Shown one piece after another: positions 44,463 through 54,578 of a stretch of DNA of 64,000 bases. The stretch lies in contig JANRLL010000009.1 of the NCBI GenBank assembly GCA_033762715.1, positions 1,662-65,661 of the forward strand, in the 5' to 3' direction. Origin of the DNA: Rickettsiales bacterium. GTDB taxonomy: Bacteria; Pseudomonadota; Alphaproteobacteria; Rickettsiales; SXRF01. How positions within the stretch are numbered: the stretch's first letter is position 1; every line of letters begins with the position of its first letter. Under the pieces are notes generated by a model. That model was not told the DNA's origin, did not search any database, and was given only the letters and a program-made list of their open reading frames with translations. Position numbers and translations under genes: made by a program.

Positions 44463-45442
44463 TAGGCTTTGTTCCATGGTCCGCCTTGAGGGGTTTCACC
44501 TGGGGTGGTGGTAATTGACGCTAGCGGTGATTTATGACGAATGGCTTCAAACACGCTGAGCGCTTGCGCAACCATGCTGCTGGCATCGCCGGCATTGGTG
44601 GGCAGCAACACGGTGGTGCCTTTTTTGGCGAGCTCTTTGAACGCAGCCACATATTGCTCGGCCACGCGCAGCGACACCGCATCTTCGCCCCCTTGTTTTT
44701 GAATCGCACTGGCTACGACTTCAATCCCTTTGGCGGTGGCTTCGGCGACGGCAAAAATGGCTTCGGCTTCACCTTTGGCGCGGTTGACTTGATCGGTCAT
44801 GGAGGCTTCCGAGGCCAACACGACTTCTTGTTTTCTGCCTTCGGCGACGTTGATTTGCGATTGGCGTTTGCCTTCCGATTCTAGAATCGAGGCGCGTTTT
44901 TGACGATCAGCCGCTACCTGCAATTCCATTGCTTTGAGCACTGAATTAGGCGGGGTGATGTTTTTGATTTCATAGCGCATGCATTGTACGCCCCAGCTTT
45001 GCGCTGCTTGGTTGATCGAGGTCACTATATTGGCGTTTAAGGTTTCGCGCTCTTCAAAGGTTTTATCCAAGGTGAGCTTGCCGATTTCCGAACGCATGGT
45101 GGTTTGCGCGAGCAGCTGCACGGCATAGATCGGGTTGTTGACACCGTAAGAGGCAGCGATGGGGTCGATGATGCGGATATAGAGCACGCCATCGAGCGAG
45201 AGCGTCACGTTATCGCGGGTGATGCCCGCTTGTTCCGGCACATCCACCGCCATTTCCTTGAGCGAATGCTTATAGGCGACGCGCTCGATAAAAGGCCAAA
45301 TCCAGTTCAGGCCAGGCTCCAATTTACGGTCGAACTTGCCGAGGTTTTCGATGATCCAGGCCTGCTGTTGCGGCACGGTTTTGACGCCCATAAAAATGGG
45401 GATGATAATTAGGGCAAGAATGACGGCCGCGATAAATTCCAT
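44462..45442 (-). CDS. SPFH/stomatin-like protein
   Basis: AQTTMRSEIG, RASILESEG. Confidence 0.92.
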   Translation of the reverse strand: MEFIAAVILALIIIPIFMGVKTVPQQQAWIIENLGKFDRKLEPGLNWIWPFIERVAYKHSLKEMAVDVPEQAGITRDNVTLSLDGVLYIRIIDPIAASYGVNNPIYAVQLLAQTTMRSEIGKLTLDKTFEERETLNANIVTSINQAAQSWGVQCMRYEIKNITPPNSVLKAMELQVAADRQKRASILESEGKRQSQINVAEGRKQEVVLASEASMTDQVNRAKGEAEAIFAVAEATAKGIEVVASAIQKQGGEDAVSLRVAEQYVAAFKELAKKGTTVLLPTNAGDASSMVAQALSVFEAIRHKSPLASITTTPGETPQGGPWNKA

Positions 45443-45466
45443 GAGAAAGCTCCTTACGAGATACGA

Positions 45467-45919
45467 TTATGAATTGGGCTTAACGGTGACGGTGTTGCCT
45501 TGTACGGCAATGATGGTAACCGGTGCACCGGCTTCGAGCTGCTCAGACACGCTGTCGGCTGCAAGCTTAGCTTTCATGATGGTGCCAGACCAGGTGACTT
45601 CGCCGTCTTTGCCTTTGGTGAGTCCTTCGCTTCCGACATAAGCCGTGTCGCCTATGATATTATTGTAACCGCCCACACCTTTGCCGATATGCAGTTTTTT
45701 GAGCGGGTGCCAGAGCAGGGCGGCAAAGCCTGCCGTTGCCAAGCCGAAGATAATGATTTGGCCAAAAATATTATCGGCCAGCACCCAGCCAATATGAATA
45801 AAGGCACCGGCGACCAGGGCGCCGAGGCCAGCAAAGAAAAAGCCAGCACCAGGGATGCCCACAATTTCCAGCACAATGAAAACGACACCAAGTATCAGCC
45901 AGACGAATTCAGCATTCAT
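45467..45919 (-). CDS. NfeD family protein
   Basis: N-terminal TM helices plus an OB-like C-terminus; upstream of SPFH. Confidence 0.85.
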   Translation of the reverse strand: MNAEFVWLILGVVFIVLEIVGIPGAGFFFAGLGALVAGAFIHIGWVLADNIFGQIIIFGLATAGFAALLWHPLKKLHIGKGVGGYNNIIGDTAYVGSEGLTKGKDGEVTWSGTIMKAKLAADSVSEQLEAGAPVTIIAVQGNTVTVKPNS

Positions 45920-45946
45920 GGGGTCACCTCCAACGTAACGTTAGCG

Positions 45947-46513
45947 TTATTTAGGCAGGGCTTGTGGCTTATCACTCATGGTATTTAAATACGCAATCAA
46001 ATTAGCACGTTCTTGCGGATCTTTCACGCCAGCAAACGACATTTTATTGCCTGGGATATGTTTTTTGGGATTGGCCAGGAAGTCAGACAATTCTTGGAAA
46101 CCCCATTTTTTGTCTTTCAACGCTTCTAGCGCCGCTGAATAGGTATAGCCTTCCGCATGGGCGAAATGGCTACCCACTAAGCCCCATTGGTTCGGACCTA
46201 CGCCGTGCTTACCGCCTTTATCAAACGTATGGCAAGCAGCGCATTTCTTGGCAGCAGCAGTGCCAGCGGTGAGGTCGGCTTTGGCCAGAAATGGTAGAAT
46301 ATCCACCGGCTTTTCCGGCTCTTTAGCAGCCGTTTCGCTGCCTGCTGATTCGGCGCCGGCAATGGTGAAGCCGCGTTTCTCATGCGATTTTCCATGTTCG
46401 CCAACACTGCCGGTATAGAGCCCTTCGCTCATGATACCTGCAACCATAGCAATTACACCGGCAAGCAACACCGCGCCTGCGATTTTATTAAATTCGAGCC
46501 CATTACCGGACAT
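45947..46513 (-). CDS. membrane-anchored cytochrome c (CycM-like)
   Basis: N-terminal TM anchor; CAACH; PGNKMSFAG. Confidence 0.9.
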   Translation of the reverse strand: MSGNGLEFNKIAGAVLLAGVIAMVAGIMSEGLYTGSVGEHGKSHEKRGFTIAGAESAGSETAAKEPEKPVDILPFLAKADLTAGTAAAKKCAACHTFDKGGKHGVGPNQWGLVGSHFAHAEGYTYSAALEALKDKKWGFQELSDFLANPKKHIPGNKMSFAGVKDPQERANLIAYLNTMSDKPQALPK

Positions 46514-46600
46514 ATCGTCTCCTTAGCATTATAGTGATGACAGTTGCCGATTTTATAATATGCTACGGCACGTTATTCAATTGAAAGATTACGCGAATTC

Positions 46601-47323
46601 ATGTCCGCCATCATTCTGATCCCCGCCCGCATGGCATCCACGCGCTTGCCCAACAAGCCTTTGGCGCTGATTGGCGGCGAGCCAATGATTGTAAAAGTAT
46701 GGCGCCAGGCCGTAGCTTCTAAGCTTGGTGACGTGGTGGTAGCGTGTGACGGCGAGGCGATTGCGGGAGCCATTACCCAAGCGGGTGGCAAGGCGGTGCT
46801 GACCGATGCGAACCTGCCCTCGGGATCGGACCGTATTTTCCAGGCGCTGCAAACGCTCGATCCTAAGAAGGCGCATGATATTATTATTAATGTGCAAGGC
46901 GACATGCCGACATTGGACCCAAACGTAATCGGGCAGGTGGTGACCTTGCTTGCTAATCCGGCGGTGGATATTGCAACGCTTGCAGCCGAGATAAAAGATG
47001 AGGGCGAAAAACAGGATCCGGCCGTGGTGAAAATCGCGCTTGCCGGCACCCGCGCGTTGTATTTTTCACGCGCCACCATTCCGCATGGGGTGGGGCCGCT
47101 GTATCATCATATCGGCATTTACGGCTATCGCCGCAGCGCTTTGGAGCGCTTCGTAAGTCTGCCGCCGAGTGCGCTCGAGCAGCGTGAAAAATTAGAACAA
47201 TTACGTGCCCTAGAAGCGGGCATGCGCATCGATGTGGCGGTGATAGACACCGTGCCGCTGGGTGTGGATACACCAGAGACCTTAGAAAAAGCGAGACAGT
47301 ATTATGACCAACATTCTCTATGA
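46601..47323 (+). CDS. kdsB: 3-deoxy-manno-octulosonate cytidylyltransferase
   Basis: [29 protein letters not shown]. Confidence 0.95.
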   Translation: MSAIILIPARMASTRLPNKPLALIGGEPMIVKVWRQAVASKLGDVVVACDGEAIAGAITQAGGKAVLTDANLPSGSDRIFQALQTLDPKKAHDIIINVQGDMPTLDPNVIGQVVTLLANPAVDIATLAAEIKDEGEKQDPAVVKIALAGTRALYFSRATIPHGVGPLYHHIGIYGYRRSALERFVSLPPSALEQREKLEQLRALEAGMRIDVAVIDTVPLGVDTPETLEKARQYYDQHSL

Positions 47324-48284
47324 CGTAGCGGGTATCGGCAATGCGATTGTCGATGTTCTGAGTTTTTGTGACGATGCATTTTTGCAGACCAATGCGCTGG
47401 CCAAAGGCAGCATGCAACTGGTGGATGCCACGCGCTCAGCCGAGCTTTATGCGAAAGTAGGCCCCAGCACCGAATGCTCCGGCGGGTCGGTTGCTAATTC
47501 GCTGGCGGGGCTTGCCTCGCTCGGTGCGCGCACAGCCTTTATCGGCAAAGTTGCCGATGACAAGTTAGGCCAGATTTTCACCCATGATATGCGCTCGACC
47601 GGCACGTATTTTACGACATCGATGCTGAAGGGCGAACTGCCTTCTGCCAATTGTATTGTGTTAGTGACGCCCGATGCGCAGCGTACTATGGCCACCTTTT
47701 TGGGCGCGTGCAGTCAAGTGACGCAAGCCGATATTGATGAAGAGCTGATTAAGCAATCGGCCATTGTCTATATTGAGGGGTATTTATGGGATACCGAACA
47801 TGCTAAATCTGCCATTCGCAAAGCCATGGCATTGGCGAAAATGCATCAGCGCAAAGTCGCCATGACATTGTCGGATACATTTTGCGTGCATCGTCATCGC
47901 AGTGAGTTCTTGCAGCTGATCCATCATGAGATCGATATTTTATTTGCTAATGAAGGCGAGATCAAAGCGCTCTATGAAACTGAGGATTTCGATACGGCGA
48001 TTGCCAAGCTACAGGGGCAATGCGAAGTAGCGGCCGTCACGCGCAGTGAGGTAGGTAGCGTGGTGGTAACAAAAAAAGAAGTCATTGCCGTGCCCACCAA
48101 AGCGGTGGCTAAGGTGGTAGATACCACCGGCGCGGGTGATTTGTATGCCAGCGGATTTTTGTTCGGCTATAGCCGCGGTGATGCTCTTGAACAATGCGCT
48201 CAATTAGGCAATGCCTGCGCGGGTGAGATCATCCAGCATTTAGGCGCACGCAGCATGAAACCGCTGAAAGCGTTGGTGGCTTAG
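47304..48284 (+). CDS. PfkB-family (adenosine kinase-like) kinase
   Basis: GNAIVD, GGSVAN, DTTGAGD. Confidence 0.9.
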   Translation: MTNILYDVAGIGNAIVDVLSFCDDAFLQTNALAKGSMQLVDATRSAELYAKVGPSTECSGGSVANSLAGLASLGARTAFIGKVADDKLGQIFTHDMRSTGTYFTTSMLKGELPSANCIVLVTPDAQRTMATFLGACSQVTQADIDEELIKQSAIVYIEGYLWDTEHAKSAIRKAMALAKMHQRKVAMTLSDTFCVHRHRSEFLQLIHHEIDILFANEGEIKALYETEDFDTAIAKLQGQCEVAAVTRSEVGSVVVTKKEVIAVPTKAVAKVVDTTGAGDLYASGFLFGYSRGDALEQCAQLGNACAGEIIQHLGARSMKPLKALVA

Positions 48285-49546
48285 TGCGGCGTTTTCTAGC
48301 CCTTTATTTGCAGCCGCGCTTGATTGCGATTTTGCTGCTGGGTTTTTCCAGCGGGCTGCCGCTGGCGCTTACCGCATCGACGCTTGCTGTATGGTTGCTC
48401 GAAGCCCAGGTCGATCTGGCGGCGATTGGATTATTTGCGGCAGTCGCCACACCGTATAATTTGAAATTTCTATGGGCGCCGCTGATTGACGGTCTGCCTT
48501 TTCCATTTTTATCGCGGCTGCTAGGTCGCCGGCGTGGTTGGATGATAGCCACACAACTAGCCTGCGCGGCGAGTTTATGCGTGCTCGGCGCGATTGATCC
48601 GGCGCAGCATGTGTGGTGGGTGGCGCTGATGGCAATTGTGGTGGCGTTTTGTTCGGCCAGCCAAGATATTGTGATTGATGCGTATCGTGTGGAAATTTTG
48701 CCGGCTGAGCAACAGGGCGCGGGTGCGGCGATGGTGGTGCTGGGTTACCGCTTTGGCATGATTGCATCCAGTGCTGGCGCGCTGTATCTGGCAAGCTATA
48801 CCAGCTGGGCAATGACCTATTGGATTATGGCGGCACTTATGGGTGTGGGCATGGTAACGGCTCTGATTGCCGGTGAGCCAGCGACGCAAGTAGCACCTGA
48901 CCGGCCGCATATGGGTGTTGCCGCCTGGCTTAAAAAACACGTGGCCGAACCGTTTGCCGATTTCATCCAGCGCGATCATTGGCTGGTCATATTGCTCTTT
49001 ATTTTATTCTATAAATTAGCCGATGCGTTTATGGGGCTGATGCCCAACGTGTTTTACCGCGATATTGGGTTTTCCAAGGAAGAAATCGCGACCGTGGTGA
49101 AATTATTTGGCCTGACGGCAACCATTGTCGGCAGCTTTATCGGCGGCTATATTGTCACCCGGCTGGGCATTGTGCGCTCGCTGTGGATCTGTGGTATCGC
49201 GCATGCGCTGACCAATGTGATGTTTGTGGTGCAGGCGCATGTGGGTGCGGATATTCGCGTGCTCGCCCTGGGCATCACGCTGGAAAACGTGACCGGCGGC
49301 ATGGGCACGGCGGCATTTGTTGCCTTCATGAGCAGCCTGTGCCATGTGCAATTTACCGCCACGCAATATGCGCTGCTCAGTTCGCTTTCCTCGGTGGGGC
49401 GCACCTGGCTTTCCACTCCGGCGGGCTGGGTTTCCAAACAGCTGGGCTGGGAATTATTTTTCGTCTTTGCCACGTTGTTGGCGATTCCAGGTTTATTGAT
49501 TCTGGCCTGGCTGATGCGGCGGGTCGATTTAAATAAACCGGCTTAA
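48284..49546 (+). CDS. ampG: AmpG-family muropeptide MFS transporter
   Basis: LGFSSGLP, KFLWAPLID, SASQDIVIDAYR, TATQYALL. Confidence 0.92.
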   Translation: MRRFLALYLQPRLIAILLLGFSSGLPLALTASTLAVWLLEAQVDLAAIGLFAAVATPYNLKFLWAPLIDGLPFPFLSRLLGRRRGWMIATQLACAASLCVLGAIDPAQHVWWVALMAIVVAFCSASQDIVIDAYRVEILPAEQQGAGAAMVVLGYRFGMIASSAGALYLASYTSWAMTYWIMAALMGVGMVTALIAGEPATQVAPDRPHMGVAAWLKKHVAEPFADFIQRDHWLVILLFILFYKLADAFMGLMPNVFYRDIGFSKEEIATVVKLFGLTATIVGSFIGGYIVTRLGIVRSLWICGIAHALTNVMFVVQAHVGADIRVLALGITLENVTGGMGTAAFVAFMSSLCHVQFTATQYALLSSLSSVGRTWLSTPAGWVSKQLGWELFFVFATLLAIPGLLILAWLMRRVDLNKPA

Positions 49547-49564
49547 GGGACATGCTTTAAAGGG

Positions 49565-50086
49565 GTGAGAATGTATAAGATATTTTGTTTAATAGCGTTT
49601 TTTATAGCCTTGCCGCTTGATAATCGCGCTGCGCTGGCTGAGCCGTGCGTTCAAAACGTAACATTATCGCAAGAGTCAGGCATCCCAGCGAGAGAAATTC
49701 TTTATTTCCAATCGGATATTAATGCTGATGCGGTAAGCGACTACTTTCTTGCTGATAAGGCTTTATGTGGCAATGGCGGATGTATGTGGAATATTTATGC
49801 CAGCTGCAAGGCGGGTGGGTATACTAAAGTAGCCGACAAGATGGGGCTGCATCCGCGTGCTATATTGATTAAAAAAAGCACGCATGATGGCTTAGCAGAC
49901 ATAGACAGCTATTGGCATATGAGCGCATATGATGGTTCGCTGGCGCATCATGTGTTTGATGGAAAAAAATACGGCACAAAAAGCAGCAAGCTTATACCGA
50001 GTAGCCAAGCTAATATTATGCCGTGGCAGGTCTTCGAGCCCTTGTCCACCAGCGACAATCCGTTCGCTTTTACATTGCATCCCTAA
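49565..50086 (+). CDS. hypothetical secreted protein
   Basis: Signal peptide; CGNGGC motif. Confidence 0.6.
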   Translation: MRMYKIFCLIAFFIALPLDNRAALAEPCVQNVTLSQESGIPAREILYFQSDINADAVSDYFLADKALCGNGGCMWNIYASCKAGGYTKVADKMGLHPRAILIKKSTHDGLADIDSYWHMSAYDGSLAHHVFDGKKYGTKSSKLIPSSQANIMPWQVFEPLSTSDNPFAFTLHP

Positions 50087-51027
50087 GGCCACTTCACCTC
50101 CGGCGGCATCGACATTAAAATTGCTTCGACATTGCCACCCGTCATCAGGCCGAATTTTGTGCCGCGATCATAAAGCAGGTTAAACTCGACGTAGCGCCCG
50201 CGCTTTTGTAGCTGCCACTGGCGCTGCTCTTGCGTCCAGGATTCGTGCATATGGCGACGCACGAGTTGTGGGTAAATGCTCGCAAAACTTTTGCCGACAT
50301 TTTGCGTGAAAGCAAAGTCGGTGTCCCAGTTGCCGGTATTAATATAGTCGTAAAAAATCCCACCCACACCGCGCGGTTCATTGCGATGTTTCAGGAAGAA
50401 ATACTCATCACACCATTGCTTGAATTTAGGGTAATAATCGGGATCGAACGCATCGCAGGTGGCTTTAAACGCCGCGTGGAAATCGGCCGTGTCTTGTTCG
50501 TTGGGATACATAGGCGTCAAATCCGCGCCGCCGCCGAACCAGCTTTTATAATTATCTCCGCTACGCGCTTCTGCGCTCGTAGTATCTGGTGCGCTGCCAC
50601 CGACTACGATCATGCGCGTGTTCATATGCACGGCAGGCACCAGTGGCGAGCACATATGCGCAACCAGCGAAATGCCGCTTGCCCAAAAGCGTGGGTCTTT
50701 ATCGGCGCCCGGAATTTCTTTGCGCATCGCCTCCGAAAATTCGCCGTGCACAGTGGAAATATTCACGCCTACTTTTTCAAACACGCGGCCTTTCATGATC
50801 GACATCTCGCCGCCACCGCCGCCCTCGCGAACCCAGGGGGTTCGTTTGAAATTACTCCCGGAATTGTCTCCTGACAATTCCATGGAGTTGAGCTCAGGGC
50901 TGACTCGGTCTACTGACCTCGTAGAACCATTATATTCTTTTTCTATTTGTTCAAACTCGGCGCAGATTTGATCGCGCAGGCTGCGAAACCAACTGGAAGC
51001 TTTTTGTTTTTGTTCGTCGATGGTCAT
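50083..51027 (-). CDS. hemF: oxygen-dependent coproporphyrinogen III oxidase (with two apparent insertions)
   Basis: [37 protein letters not shown]. Confidence 0.96.
   Translation of the reverse strand: MTIDEQKQKASSWFRSLRDQICAEFEQIEKEYNGSTRSVDRVSPELNSMELSGDNSGSNFKRTPWVREGGGGGEMSIMKGRVFEKVGVNISTVHGEFSEAMRKEIPGADKDPRFWASGISLVAHMCSPLVPAVHMNTRMIVVGGSAPDTTSAEARSGDNYKSWFGGGADLTPMYPNEQDTADFHAAFKATCDAFDPDYYPKFKQWCDEYFFLKHRNEPRGVGGIFYDYINTGNWDTDFAFTQNVGKSFASIYPQLVRRHMHESWTQEQRQWQLQKRGRYVEFNLLYDRGTKFGLMTGGNVEAILMSMPPEVKWP
50556..50582. repeat. mini palindromic element in-frame in hemF
   Basis: ctccgctac-gcgc-TTCT-gcgc-tcgtag, within the peptide [18 protein letters not shown]. Confidence 0.6.
50855..50925. 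repeat. two-hairpin element in-frame in hemF
   Basis: ggaattgtc-TCCT-gacaattcc ... ggtc-TACT-gacc-tcgtag. Confidence 0.75.
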
Positions 51028-51032
51028 AAAAA

Positions 51033-51100
51033 CCTCCGCGATTTTCTACTGAAAATCGCATGAGTTAAGCCGCGGGCGCAGCGGCGGTCTGCTGACCGCC
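51033..51100. repeat. two-hairpin element upstream of hemF
   Basis: cctcc-gcgattttc-TACT-gaaaatcgc ... ggcggtc-TGCT-gaccgcc. Confidence 0.75.
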
Positions 51101-51118
51101 ATTCATTATAAAGCTGTT

Positions 51119-51574
51119 TCATACGGTGCCTCTTGTTTGTCTCAGCGCTTCACCCAATACCATACTTGCGGCTAATGCAACATTAAGTGAGCGTGCATTC
51201 GGCTGCATGGGAATGGTGATACCCAGATCCACCGCATCGCGCACATAATCCGGCACGCCCTGCGATTCGCGTCCGAGCAACAACATATCGTCAGGTTGAT
51301 AGCTAACCTGCGTATACGCTTGCGAAGCGCGGGTGGTTAGTAGCAGCAAACGGCCGGCCTGTGATTGACGGAAATCAAGAAACTCCTGCCAGGAGCGATG
51401 ACGGGTGAGGGGCACCAGATCATAATAATCCATGGCCACACGGCGCATGCGCTTATCGTCAAAGGGAAAGCCGCATGGCTCAATGATATGCAGCGCCACG
51501 CCCATACAGGCTGAGAGCCGAATTAAGCTTCCGGTATTTTGTGCGATATCGGGCTCGAACAGAACAATATTCAT
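51119..51574 (-). CDS. trmL: tRNA (cytidine/uridine-2'-O)-methyltransferase TrmL
   Basis: PDIAQNTG, GRESQG, RSLNVA. Confidence 0.92.
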   Translation of the reverse strand: MNIVLFEPDIAQNTGSLIRLSACMGVALHIIEPCGFPFDDKRMRRVAMDYYDLVPLTRHRSWQEFLDFRQSQAGRLLLLTTRASQAYTQVSYQPDDMLLLGRESQGVPDYVRDAVDLGITIPMQPNARSLNVALAASMVLGEALRQTRGTV

Positions 51575-51659
51575 TAATTATACATATTTATCATAAGGTT
51601 ATTCCGTACATAAAAACTTCACAAAAAATACATTTATAGCGGGAAAAAAATTTGCGACA

Positions 51660-51875
51660 ATGAAACTTATGGATTCACGTTTTGGCGCATTCTTTTTACT
51701 TACCGGCGTTACCTTCGCAGGCTTTGCCTCAGGCTTTGGCGTGTGCCTATTCGATTTGGATACGGTGGATGCCTGTGTAGCCGTTGCTGACCGTTGGGTC
51801 GATGTCTTTAAAAATATGGGCGATCATCTGATTGCATGGGCCTTTGCCATTTTTCATGCCGTATTTAGTCGATAA
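51660..51875 (+). CDS. small hypothetical membrane protein
   Basis: 71-aa hydrophobic ORF filling an otherwise empty gap. Confidence 0.35.
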   Translation: MKLMDSRFGAFFLLTGVTFAGFASGFGVCLFDLDTVDACVAVADRWVDVFKNMGDHLIAWAFAIFHAVFSR

Positions 51876-51965
51876 TTTTTAATCGATTTTTTCTTTCTTT
51901 AAGTTGCAACTTCATAGGGTTTTGTTATAGAAACGTCTCAGTAATTCAATTTGTTGAGACTGTTC

Positions 51966-52520
51966 ATGAGCAAACCACTGCAATCAAGCCCTGTAAGCGA
52001 GGGCTCTACACGACGCGATTTCATGATGCTAACCGCTGGCGGCATTGCCGCAGTCGGCGGTGCCTCGGCATTATGGCCCTTTGTTAACAGCATGAATCCA
52101 GCCGCTGACGTATTGGCGCTGTCGACGGTGGAAGTCGATCTTGCCCCCATCAAGCCAGGCCAGACCATCAAAGTAAAATGGCGCGGTTCACCGGTCTTTA
52201 TCCGCCATCGCACCCCAACCGATATTGAACAATCGCGTGCCGTTGACGTGTCACAGCTGCGCGATCCGCAAAGTGATGATGCGCGTGTGCAAAAAGGCCA
52301 TGAGCAATGGCTGGTGATGATTGGTGTATGCACCCATTTGGGTTGCATTCCGCTGATCGGTGCCGGGGATTATAACAATAGCGATGGCGGCGGCCTGTTC
52401 TGCCCATGTCACGGCTCGCATTATGATACGGCCGGCCGCGTGCGCAAAGGTCCAGCGCCTAAAAACCTGACCGTTCCTAAATACGCATTCCTCAGCGATA
52501 ACCGCATTAAGATTGGCTAA
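51966..52520 (+). CDS. petA: ubiquinol-cytochrome c reductase Rieske subunit
   Basis: Tat motif TRRDF; CTHLGC; CPCHGS. Confidence 0.96.
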   Translation: MSKPLQSSPVSEGSTRRDFMMLTAGGIAAVGGASALWPFVNSMNPAADVLALSTVEVDLAPIKPGQTIKVKWRGSPVFIRHRTPTDIEQSRAVDVSQLRDPQSDDARVQKGHEQWLVMIGVCTHLGCIPLIGAGDYNNSDGGGLFCPCHGSHYDTAGRVRKGPAPKNLTVPKYAFLSDNRIKIG

Positions 52521-52525
52521 GCATT

Positions 52526-53797
52526 ATGGCGAAAACACCTACTGAACAAGCTCCTGGAATCAAAGGCTGGATCGAATATCGCCTGCCGATTTTTTCGTTT
52601 ATCGACAACAGTCTGGGCAGCAACTATCCGACCCCGCGCAATTTGAACTATTGGTGGAATTTTGGCTCGATCGCAGGCATCTGCCTAGTGCTGCAAATTT
52701 TGACCGGCCTGTTTTTGGCCATGCATTATTCGTCGCATGCAAGCCTCGCGTTCGACAGTGTTGAAAGCATTATGCGCAACGTGAATTACGGCTGGCTGTT
52801 GCGCTATGGCCATGCGGTGGGTGCGTCGATGTTTTTCGTCGTGGTCTATATCCATATTTGCCGCGGCCTGTATTACGGCTCGTATAAAGCCCCGCGCGAA
52901 ATTCTCTGGTGGCTGGGCCTGGTGATTTTCTTGCTGATGATGGCAACCGCCTTCATGGGCTATGTGCTGCCATGGGGCCAGATGAGCTTCTGGGGTGCGA
53001 CCGTGATCACCAATTTATTCTCCGCCATTCCTGGCGTGGGTGAGGCGATTGTGCAATGGTTGTGGGGTGGTTTCTCGGTTGATAATCCGACGCTGAACCG
53101 CTTTTTTGCACTGCATTTCCTGCTGCCTTTCGTCATTGTCGGCGTGGTGATTTTGCACATCTGGGCGCTGCATACGCATGGCTCGAACAACCCGCTGGGT
53201 ATCGCAGTACAAGGCCCGCAAGACACGCTGCCTTTCCATCCTTATTACACCTATAAAGACTTCTTCGGCTTTGGGGTGTTCTTCATGGTGTTTGCTTGGT
53301 TCGTATTTTTCTCGCCAAACTCGCTCGGCCATCCCGATAACTATATCGAGGCCAACCCGATGGTGACCCCGCCGCATATCGTGCCGGAATGGTATTTCTT
53401 GCCGTATTATGCGATTTTACGCGCTACGCCCGATATTGGCATTCCTTTCACCAACATCGTCTTCATTCCGTCAAAACTGGCTGGTGTACTGGCCATGTTC
53501 GGCTCGATTTTGATCATGTTTGTGTTGCCGTGGATTGACCGTTGCAAAGTACGCAGCGGCAGTTTCCGTCCCACCTTCAAATGGCTCTATTGGCTCTTTA
53601 TCGTCAATGCCATCTTCTTGGGGTATCTGGGCGCACAGCCGGCGGAAGGCATCTATATTATCTTGGGCCGCATTTCGCTCACCATCTATTTTGGCTATTT
53701 CGCCGCGCTCTGGCTGATTAGCAAAAATGAAAAAACCTTACCGCTTCCCGAGAGCATCAGCAAAGCCGTGCTCACATCTCAGAGCGCACATCATTGA
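52526..53797 (+). CDS. petB: cytochrome b
   Basis: [20 protein letters not shown]. Confidence 0.97.
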   Translation: MAKTPTEQAPGIKGWIEYRLPIFSFIDNSLGSNYPTPRNLNYWWNFGSIAGICLVLQILTGLFLAMHYSSHASLAFDSVESIMRNVNYGWLLRYGHAVGASMFFVVVYIHICRGLYYGSYKAPREILWWLGLVIFLLMMATAFMGYVLPWGQMSFWGATVITNLFSAIPGVGEAIVQWLWGGFSVDNPTLNRFFALHFLLPFVIVGVVILHIWALHTHGSNNPLGIAVQGPQDTLPFHPYYTYKDFFGFGVFFMVFAWFVFFSPNSLGHPDNYIEANPMVTPPHIVPEWYFLPYYAILRATPDIGIPFTNIVFIPSKLAGVLAMFGSILIMFVLPWIDRCKVRSGSFRPTFKWLYWLFIVNAIFLGYLGAQPAEGIYIILGRISLTIYFGYFAALWLISKNEKTLPLPESISKAVLTSQSAHH

Positions 53798-53808
53798 TGG
53801 AATTACAC

Positions 53809-54576
53809 ATGAAAAAACGTCTTTTACTTCTTACCACTGCATTGATTGGACTTGGGGCATCGGCTGCCTTTGCCTCATCGGATGCGAAACCGCCGCGCCA
53901 TGTGGATTGGTCATTTGACGGCATGCTGGGTCGCGTGGATAAACCATCGGCGCAACGTGGTTTCCAGATCTATAAAGAAGTCTGTGCATCGTGCCACGGC
54001 TTGAAACGCGTGGCCTTCCGCAACCTGTCTGCCATTGGGTTTTCGGAAGCAGAAATCAAAGCGCTAGCATCGAGCTATTCGGTCAAAGACGGTCCGAACG
54101 ATGAGGGCGACATGTTTGAGCGCCCAGGTTTGCCATCGGATTATTTCCCGTCACCGCACGCCAACGAACAGGCTGCTCGCGCCGCGCATAATGGCGCTTA
54201 TCCGCCTGATCTGAGCTTAATTATCAAATCGCGTCTGCATGGTGCGAACTATGTCTATTCACTGCTGATCGGCTATGGCGAGAACCCACCGGAAGGCGTG
54301 CATTTGGGCGATGGCCAATACTACAACCCTTATTTCAATTTGCATAACGGTCTGGCGATGCCGGCACCGCTTGCCGATGGTCAGGTTAGCTATGAAGATG
54401 GCACCCAAGCGAGCGTCGATCAGATGTCGCGCGATGTGGTGAATTTCTTACAATGGGCGGCAGAGCCTGAAATGGAAGCGCGCAAACAAATGGGCATCAA
54501 AACCCTGCTTTTCTTGTTCGCGTTTACCGTATTTATGTATCTTGCTAAACGCAATCTCTGGAGAAAGCTGCACTAA
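53809..54576 (+). CDS. petC: cytochrome c1
   Basis: CASCH, PPDLS, WAAEP. Confidence 0.96.
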   Translation: MKKRLLLLTTALIGLGASAAFASSDAKPPRHVDWSFDGMLGRVDKPSAQRGFQIYKEVCASCHGLKRVAFRNLSAIGFSEAEIKALASSYSVKDGPNDEGDMFERPGLPSDYFPSPHANEQAARAAHNGAYPPDLSLIIKSRLHGANYVYSLLIGYGENPPEGVHLGDGQYYNPYFNLHNGLAMPAPLADGQVSYEDGTQASVDQMSRDVVNFLQWAAEPEMEARKQMGIKTLLFLFAFTVFMYLAKRNLWRKLH

Positions 54577-54578
54577 GC

